Shown here: one piece after another, positions 58,124-64,000 of the stretch
Position numbering within the stretch: the stretch's first letter is position 1
Layout of the letters: every line of letters begins with the position of its first letter
Position numbers and translations under genes: made by a program
Assembly (NCBI GenBank): GCA_964012805.1
Contig: CAXGUD010000006.1
Coordinates: 32,001-96,000, forward strand
Direction of reading: 5' to 3'
Source: an uncultured Bacteriovoracaceae bacterium
Lineage (GTDB): Bacteria > Bdellovibrionota > Bacteriovoracia > Bacteriovoracales > Bacteriovoracaceae
DNA: 64,000 nt
The notes under the pieces: model-generated
What the model was told of the DNA's origin: nothing
What the model saw: only the letters and a program-made list of their open reading frames with translations
Databases searched by the model: none

Positions 58124-60427
58124 ATGGTAAAGTGGGGAGTATGGATGAAGAATTTCAATATCTTTAAAATACTCCCTACCTTTCTTATAAAATCAAATAA
58201 AATTTTATTTACTTTTTCCCTCCTAACCGTTTTTATTTTCAGTTTAGGGGTTTTTTCATTAAAAAAAGACATTTCTCATCGTATCTGGTTTAAAAAGGGA
58301 GACCCCTTTTTAAATAAATATGACTCCTTTATTGAAAATTATGGAAATGATGACCTCTTAGTTATTATTTTAGAAAATGAAAAAGGTCTTTTTACACCAA
58401 GTTATGCTAAAGAATTGTATCTTCTTACAAAAAAATTAGAAAATGTCCCTCTTGTTCTAAGAGCGGAGTCAATGGCCAACGTTTTGTTTTCCACCCATAG
58501 ACCTCTAGATCATTCTAATTATAAATCCTCTCATATTCATTTTGATCATTTCTTTCCAGACCTAAAGTCTTTAGACAGCGCCTTTTTGGAAGAACGTAAA
58601 AAGAAACTAAATATTGTTAAAAATTTCAGGGACTTTTATTTAAGCTCAAACTTTAAAACCTCCATCATTTATTTATATTTAAAGAAGGTTAACCCTCCCG
58701 ATTACCAACTGACATTAAAAAAAACAAAGGAAATTCTTAAAGCGACTCTATCGAAAGAAACACGTTTTTTTATGACGGGAAATTCTGTTTTGGCCGAAGC
58801 TTATAAAAAAGCTCCCGTTGATGATATGAAACTAATTATGCCTCTCGGCCTTTTTATCCTTATTACTTTACTTTTTTTTATATTTAGAAATTTCCTCGGC
58901 GTTTTCATACCGCTAGGCCACTTATTTCTTTTAATTTTTGCCCTTTTAGGAATTCAGGGGCATTTAAAAATGACTATGAACAGTGTGACTTCCATGGCCC
59001 CACTTATTTTGATGGCCATAGGTTTGCTTGATTCTATTCATCTCTTAACCACTTATTACAAATCAAGGATGAAAAAAAGTCGTCTTTGGGCCCTTTTGTG
59101 CGCTATTAAAATTAATATTTTCCCAACTTTTTTAACGTCATTTACTACCGCCATAGGTTTTTTTGCTCTTTCAACATCTAAAATAGCGCCTATATCAAAT
59201 TTGGGAACAATATGTGGCATAGGAGTTTTATTGGCGTGGCCTTTAACTTATTTTTTTATTCCTTTTGTTTTACTTAAATTCTCAAAAAAATCTAAACCAA
59301 AAAACATTATTCCTTTTAAGGCCAAGCTTTTCCTTCATTTAATTAAAAACAAGAAAAAAATTTTTTTATCGAGTTCTTTCATTCTTATCCTTTTGGGGGG
59401 GGGCTTTGCTTTTCAAAATGAAGTTAATTCGGATTTTGAAAATTATTTCCCAGAGAAAACCCCTTTTAGAGTGGCCAATCAAAAATTGGAAAAAAACATT
59501 GGTGGATCTTCAACAATCCATCTTCTTATTCAAAACGAAGATGTTAGAAATCCTAAATTTTTAAAAAAAATTGAAGATTTAACTTTAAAATTAGAAGATT
59601 TGAAAGGGGTAACAAAAGTTTTTTCACTTCTAGATATAATCAAAAATTCAAGACAACTTCTTTTTGAAAATGACGAAAAATATAACTCCCTTCCACCTGA
59701 TAAAGAGCAAATTAAGGAATCCCTCTTTTTTTATCAATTATATGAAATGGAAGGCAAAGAACTATACCGGTATGCTAAAAGAGATTTTAGTGAGATGAAA
59801 ATCACTCTCTTTTGGAAAGGTTTCAGCTCCAAAGAAATTAAAAGAGGGGTGAGAGAAATAGAGAAATTATTAAAATATTATAATTTAAAAGGGAGTCTTA
59901 ATGGTAAGGTCCTTTTTATGAAAGGCTTGGATTCTTATATATTAAAAACGTTTCTTATGTCCCTTATTTTAACTATAACTTGCCTTACCCTCTTAATGAT
60001 GATCCTTTTTAAATCATTTAGAATAGGTCTTTTTGCCATGGTTCCAAATGTCATTCCATTAACCTTAGGTGTGGCGGCTTTGGGTCTTTTTGGAAAAGGG
60101 CTTGATGTTTCTGCCGTTTTAATAGGCTCTATTAGCTTAGGTATTTCCGTGGATGACACCATCTTTTTCATGTCCCATTATTATAGAAAAACCAAAAAGT
60201 TCGAAAACCATTTGAAGGCGATCGAAGAAACGATTAAGGAAACAGGACACACGCTTTATATTACAACAATTACTTTAGCCTCTATAATTGGCCTTTTCAC
60301 TTTGGGTTCTTTTGGCCCCAATAAAGTCTTTGGTTTTATGACCTCCTTTATCCTTATTTGCGCCTTTCTTTTTGACTTAACACTACTTCCAATTCTTTTA
60401 TTAAAAAAAAGGGATTATCAGACGTAA
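58124..60427 (+). CDS. MMPL/RND-family exporter
   Basis: Two repeats of TM + loop + 5 TM; IGLLDSIH and GISVDDTIF motifs; TSFTTAIGF. Confidence 0.9.
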   Translation: MVKWGVWMKNFNIFKILPTFLIKSNKILFTFSLLTVFIFSLGVFSLKKDISHRIWFKKGDPFLNKYDSFIENYGNDDLLVIILENEKGLFTPSYAKELYLLTKKLENVPLVLRAESMANVLFSTHRPLDHSNYKSSHIHFDHFFPDLKSLDSAFLEERKKKLNIVKNFRDFYLSSNFKTSIIYLYLKKVNPPDYQLTLKKTKEILKATLSKETRFFMTGNSVLAEAYKKAPVDDMKLIMPLGLFILITLLFFIFRNFLGVFIPLGHLFLLIFALLGIQGHLKMTMNSVTSMAPLILMAIGLLDSIHLLTTYYKSRMKKSRLWALLCAIKINIFPTFLTSFTTAIGFFALSTSKIAPISNLGTICGIGVLLAWPLTYFFIPFVLLKFSKKSKPKNIIPFKAKLFLHLIKNKKKIFLSSSFILILLGGGFAFQNEVNSDFENYFPEKTPFRVANQKLEKNIGGSSTIHLLIQNEDVRNPKFLKKIEDLTLKLEDLKGVTKVFSLLDIIKNSRQLLFENDEKYNSLPPDKEQIKESLFFYQLYEMEGKELYRYAKRDFSEMKITLFWKGFSSKEIKRGVREIEKLLKYYNLKGSLNGKVLFMKGLDSYILKTFLMSLILTITCLTLLMMILFKSFRIGLFAMVPNVIPLTLGVAALGLFGKGLDVSAVLIGSISLGISVDDTIFFMSHYYRKTKKFENHLKAIEETIKETGHTLYITTITLASIIGLFTLGSFGPNKVFGFMTSFILICAFLFDLTLLPILLLKKRDYQT

Positions 60428-60803
60428 GATAATGTAAGGGAAAACATCTTAATGAGAAATGATTTTAACTTCTTGTTTAAGTTATCTAAAAATTTTTTGA
60501 TATTCAATTAATTGAAGAAAGGTTTACAAATTTAAATGAATCATTTGCAATTGGTTATAGGTGGATTGATTTTTCAAATACCTATAAGAAATCAAAGCTT
60601 TTAACTTCGCTCCATATATTTAATACAAACCCAAATATTTTTTGGACTATTTTAAACCAAAAAGCCGACTATATTAAGCTTTTAGCGTATGCAAATGGAT
60701 CCTACCGCTCTGTGAGAAAAGCCGAGAAAGTCGATGGTTAAAGAAAAAAAAGAATACAAAAATTTATTATTCAATTCAAAAAAAAAGTCTAGATTTTTAT
60801 ATA

Positions 60804-61184
60804 CTAGTCTAAAGCGTATTCTATTTTAAGTATGGCGTATTCTTTACCTTCAGCTTTGAGATTAGAACTTGAGGAGGTTATATTTTTTTTTGTAGGATCA
60901 AAGTTTTTGTTATCGTATTCATACATTGGCTTTTTATCCAAATCAAGGAATGAAACCTTTTTTATCCAGCATTTTTTATCTTTATCACAATTAGATTTAA
61001 AAATAGCTGATACACCATTTTTTAATTGATCTATATCTTCTGAATATAATGCGGTTCCTAATGAAGGTGTGTAACTTTCATTAACTGTTTCAATTAAGGC
61101 CTTTCTCTGCATTTTAATATTAGGGTCAGTAGAGTTGCAGCTTAAGCTTAAGATAAGGATCATTAGTAATGACCAAAGTTTCAT
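60804..61184 (-). CDS. hypothetical lipoprotein
   Basis: Signal peptide with lipobox LSLSC. Confidence 0.7.
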   Translation of the reverse strand: MKLWSLLMILILSLSCNSTDPNIKMQRKALIETVNESYTPSLGTALYSEDIDQLKNGVSAIFKSNCDKDKKCWIKKVSFLDLDKKPMYEYDNKNFDPTKKNITSSSSNLKAEGKEYAILKIEYALD

Positions 61185-61406
61185 TTACTTTCCCTTCTCA
61201 AAAAATAATTCCTTAATTACTATAGAGGTTTGAGTTTATGAATTCAACAATTTTGATAAAATTCGTGGGTTATGAAAACTTACAACACTCCCTAGAAATA
61301 AATCTAGTTTTTTTTATTTTCCTTTAAATTAAAGATTTCTATTCCTAGACAATATGCCTTGAAATTAGAGAAGCTATTATAAAAAGAAATATTTGGGGAG
61401 GGGTAA

Positions 61407-62402
61407 ATGGAATATAGATATTTAGGGAAGTCGGGTTTAAAAGTAAGTTCCCTTTCTTTTGGCTCTTGGGTTACTTTTTCCAACCAAGTTCAAACAGAAA
61501 GTGCCGTTGAAATGATGGCCATGAGCTATGATGCCGGAATTAACTTTTTTGATAACGCTGAAGTTTATGCTGATGGTGAATCAGAAGTAATCATGGGCGA
61601 TGCCCTTCAAAAGCTAGGCTGGGCGAGGGACACTTATTGTGTTTCAAGTAAGGTTTTTTGGGGAGGTCCGAAACCAACTCAAAGAGGCCTTTCTAGAAAG
61701 CATGTGAAAGAAGCATGCCATCAAGCTTTAAAAAGGCTCAAGGTTGATTACCTAGACCTCTACTTTTGTCATAGGCCGGATCAGGATACACCGATTGAAG
61801 AAACGGTTAGGGCCATGGACCAATTAATCCAAGAAGGAAAGGTTCTCTATTGGGGAACTTCAGAGTGGTCGGCAACAGAAATTCAAAAAGCTTATGGTGT
61901 TGCCAGAGAATACAACCTGACTCCTCCTACCATGGAGCAACCCCAGTACAATTTATTTCACAGGGAAAAAGTTGAAAAAGATTTTTTACCACTTTATGAA
62001 GAGGTTGGCCTTGGAACAACGATCTGGTCTCCTTTAGCGAGTGGAATTCTCACAGGTAAGTACTCTAATGGCATTCCTGATGGGAGCCGGGCCAGCTTAA
62101 GTGGTTTTGAGTGGATCAAGGATCAAATTTTATCTCCCAAGGGGCAAGATAAGGTAAAAAAGGCAAAACAATTGGAAGTAATCGCAAAAGAATTAGGTTG
62201 TAGTTTAACTCAGCTTTCTGTTGCCTGGTGTCTTAAAAGTCCTTTTGTTAGCACTGTTATTTTAGGAGCAAGCAAGGCCAGTCAGCTTTCAGAAACGATT
62301 GAGGCCTTAGAATTTCTTCCCAAATTAACGGATGATATTATGGAAAAAATAGAAGGGATTGTAGAGTCTAAGCCTAAACCAGTTATTGACTGGAAAGGTT
62401 AG
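61407..62402 (+). CDS. aldo/keto reductase (Kv-beta-like)
   Basis: LGKSGLKVS, FDNAEVY, HRPD, YWGTSEW, EQPQYN, WSPLASG. Confidence 0.93.
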   Translation: MEYRYLGKSGLKVSSLSFGSWVTFSNQVQTESAVEMMAMSYDAGINFFDNAEVYADGESEVIMGDALQKLGWARDTYCVSSKVFWGGPKPTQRGLSRKHVKEACHQALKRLKVDYLDLYFCHRPDQDTPIEETVRAMDQLIQEGKVLYWGTSEWSATEIQKAYGVAREYNLTPPTMEQPQYNLFHREKVEKDFLPLYEEVGLGTTIWSPLASGILTGKYSNGIPDGSRASLSGFEWIKDQILSPKGQDKVKKAKQLEVIAKELGCSLTQLSVAWCLKSPFVSTVILGASKASQLSETIEALEFLPKLTDDIMEKIEGIVESKPKPVIDWKG

Positions 62403-62755
62403 TTTAAGGCATTCATGATATCTGAGTAAAGTGAATTTAGCTTGTCAATGCCGACGAGGCAAAAACCCATGGTCTTTGAAAACTCAAAGTCCTCAGGGGT
62501 TCCTTTTCGGCAAACAATGACAAGTCTGGTTTCATTTTTATCTGCCTCATCAAGGTATTGATCCAAGGTCTGTCCACCAGATTGAAGAAAATCCGTTGTG
62601 TTTGTCTTAGGAAGGCATACAATACCGTACTTTTTCCCTTCGAATGTTGTCTCAAAGTCCCATGTGGAGTTTTTTAGCCTTTGGTTTACGTCGTGATTAA
62701 ACTGTTTAAAAATTAGTGAGCATCTGGCAAGGAACTCTTTTTCTTTATCTGCCAT
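62399..62755 (-). CDS. hypothetical protein
   Basis: 118-aa ORF with GGAG RBS. Confidence 0.6.
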   Translation of the reverse strand: MADKEKEFLARCSLIFKQFNHDVNQRLKNSTWDFETTFEGKKYGIVCLPKTNTTDFLQSGGQTLDQYLDEADKNETRLVIVCRKGTPEDFEFSKTMGFCLVGIDKLNSLYSDIMNALN

Positions 62756-62904
62756 AATAAATTCACTCCGGGTGTATTGTTATTTATGAAAATATCAAAA
62801 AATACTGCTTTTATAAAAGGGAGGAAGCTTTTGACTTCCTTTTTTTGATCATTTCTTTGAAAAAGTCTAATATTGAGGCATCTTTTTGTTGGAAAGGAGG
62901 AAAT

Positions 62905-63801
62905 GTGTCTTCAGATTCTATCTTAGAAGTTAAAGCGTTAAAAAAATATTTTGGCCAGGTTAAAGCAGTTGATGGAATTAGTTTAAAAATCAAAAAGGGT
63001 TTGTGCTTCGGGCTTTTAGGCCCAAATGGGGCAGGTAAGACGACGACAGTTGAAGTCATGGAAGGAGTAACTGGGCCAACGTCTGGTGTTATTTTATATA
63101 AAGGAAGCCCTCTATCTGACCATTACCGAGAAGAAATTGGAATCCAATTCCAAAAAACCTCCCTCCAAGATTACTTAAAGGTTAAGGAGGTTTTGGAGCT
63201 TTTTTCTAGTTTCTACGAAAAAACTCTTCCCTTAGAGCAAATTATAGAAGAATGCTCGTTAGGAGAACTCCTTCAAAGGGACCACCGGAAGCTTTCAGGC
63301 GGTCAGGCCCAAAGACTTCTTTTGGGACTCGCTCTTGTTAATGATCCGGAAGTTTTATTTTTAGATGAACCAACCACGGGGTTAGACCCTCAAGCGAGGA
63401 GAAATTTTTGGGACCTCATAAACCAAATTAAAAAGAGGAACAAAACAATTGTTCTCACGACCCACTATATGGAAGAAGCCTACGCCCTTTGCGATGAAAT
63501 TGCTATTATGGACAAGGGGAAGATATTACTGGAGGGGCCACCTATAAAGCTTCTCAAAGAACATTTTAATTCCATGGTCATTTCACTTCCAGAAAAGGAT
63601 TGTCCCAGCGAGTTACAGGGAGAGAAAAACCATCTTGTGGAGGGACCAATGGGTAATATGCTAGAAATTTTAACGGCTGACCCCAATGAAACATTTTCTC
63701 ATCTTTTGAAGTCTGGAGTTAACCTGCAAAACGTTCACCTAAGGCAAAAAAATCTGGAAGATCTTTTTCTTGAGATTACCGGAAGCGATTTAAGGGGATA
63801 A
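62905..63801 (+). CDS. ABC-2 type transporter ATP-binding protein
   Basis: GPNGAGKTT, LSGGQ, LDEPTTGLD; GTG 62905 follows GGAGG. Confidence 0.93.
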   Translation: MSSDSILEVKALKKYFGQVKAVDGISLKIKKGLCFGLLGPNGAGKTTTVEVMEGVTGPTSGVILYKGSPLSDHYREEIGIQFQKTSLQDYLKVKEVLELFSSFYEKTLPLEQIIEECSLGELLQRDHRKLSGGQAQRLLLGLALVNDPEVLFLDEPTTGLDPQARRNFWDLINQIKKRNKTIVLTTHYMEEAYALCDEIAIMDKGKILLEGPPIKLLKEHFNSMVISLPEKDCPSELQGEKNHLVEGPMGNMLEILTADPNETFSHLLKSGVNLQNVHLRQKNLEDLFLEITGSDLRG

Positions 63802-63804
63802 AAA

Positions 63805-64000
63805 ATGAAAAAAATTTGGGCCGTGATGATTGCGAGGCAAAAAGAATTCTATAGAGACCGTTCTTCGATGGGCTGGAATTTGGCCTTTCCCTTCTTTGTT
63901 GTTTTGGGCTTTGCCTTTGCCTTCTCAAATGGAGATCAAAAGCTCTATAAGGTTGGTTTAATGGGGGATTTTAAAAGCGAAAGAGTAAAAAAAATTTCTT
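63805..64000 (+). CDS. ABC-2 permease (truncated by window end)
   Basis: MKKIWAVMIARQKEFYRDRSSMGWNLAFP..., open to the window edge. Confidence 0.8.
   Translation, partial: MKKIWAVMIARQKEFYRDRSSMGWNLAFPFFVVLGFAFAFSNGDQKLYKVGLMGDFKSERVKKIS

Noticed and set aside
1949..63686. The many 60-155 aa ORFs nested in or antisense to long genes
   Set aside because: Shadow ORFs of well-supported genes, with no motifs or independent support
1..64000. CRISPR arrays, tRNA/rRNA genes, IS elements, prophage or defence systems
   Set aside because: No spaced direct repeats, RNA-gene signatures, or transposase, integrase or nuclease ORFs were recognised

Overview
AT-rich bacterial genomic window, probably from a marine Bdellovibrionota (Bacteriovoracaceae/Halobacteriovorax-like). 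The taxonomy is inferred from gene content, not proven. No rRNA, tRNA, CRISPR array or transposase was seen. In order, it holds: (1) a divergent lipid-modification and export locus (DUF3419/BtaA-like, acyl-ACP-reductase-like fusion, SDR, DAG-kinase-like lipid kinase; then ABC transporter, LolA-like and outer-membrane protein); (2) a purine operon purF-E-C-D-N-L-Q-H-M with no purK; (3) signalling genes including three CheA-like Hpt+HATPase kinases without a CheW domain; (4) a eukaryote-type speD with speE; (5) tandem desaturases, an HDAC, a DddK/DddW-like bicupin and PhoA; (6) a stand-alone Q105 DTE proteorhodopsin; (7) a compact putative biosynthetic cluster at 50.5-60.4 kb. That cluster encodes an OleD-like reductase, a carbamoyltransferase, an OleA-like condensing enzyme, a P450, a JmjC oxygenase, a LolA-like protein and an MMPL exporter. 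The JmjC iron motif is H-x-A...H, the pattern of radical halogenases. This cluster is the best candidate for an undescribed system: a carbamoylated, oxidised and possibly halogenated exported lipid. All calls come from motif reading by eye; no database searches were run.
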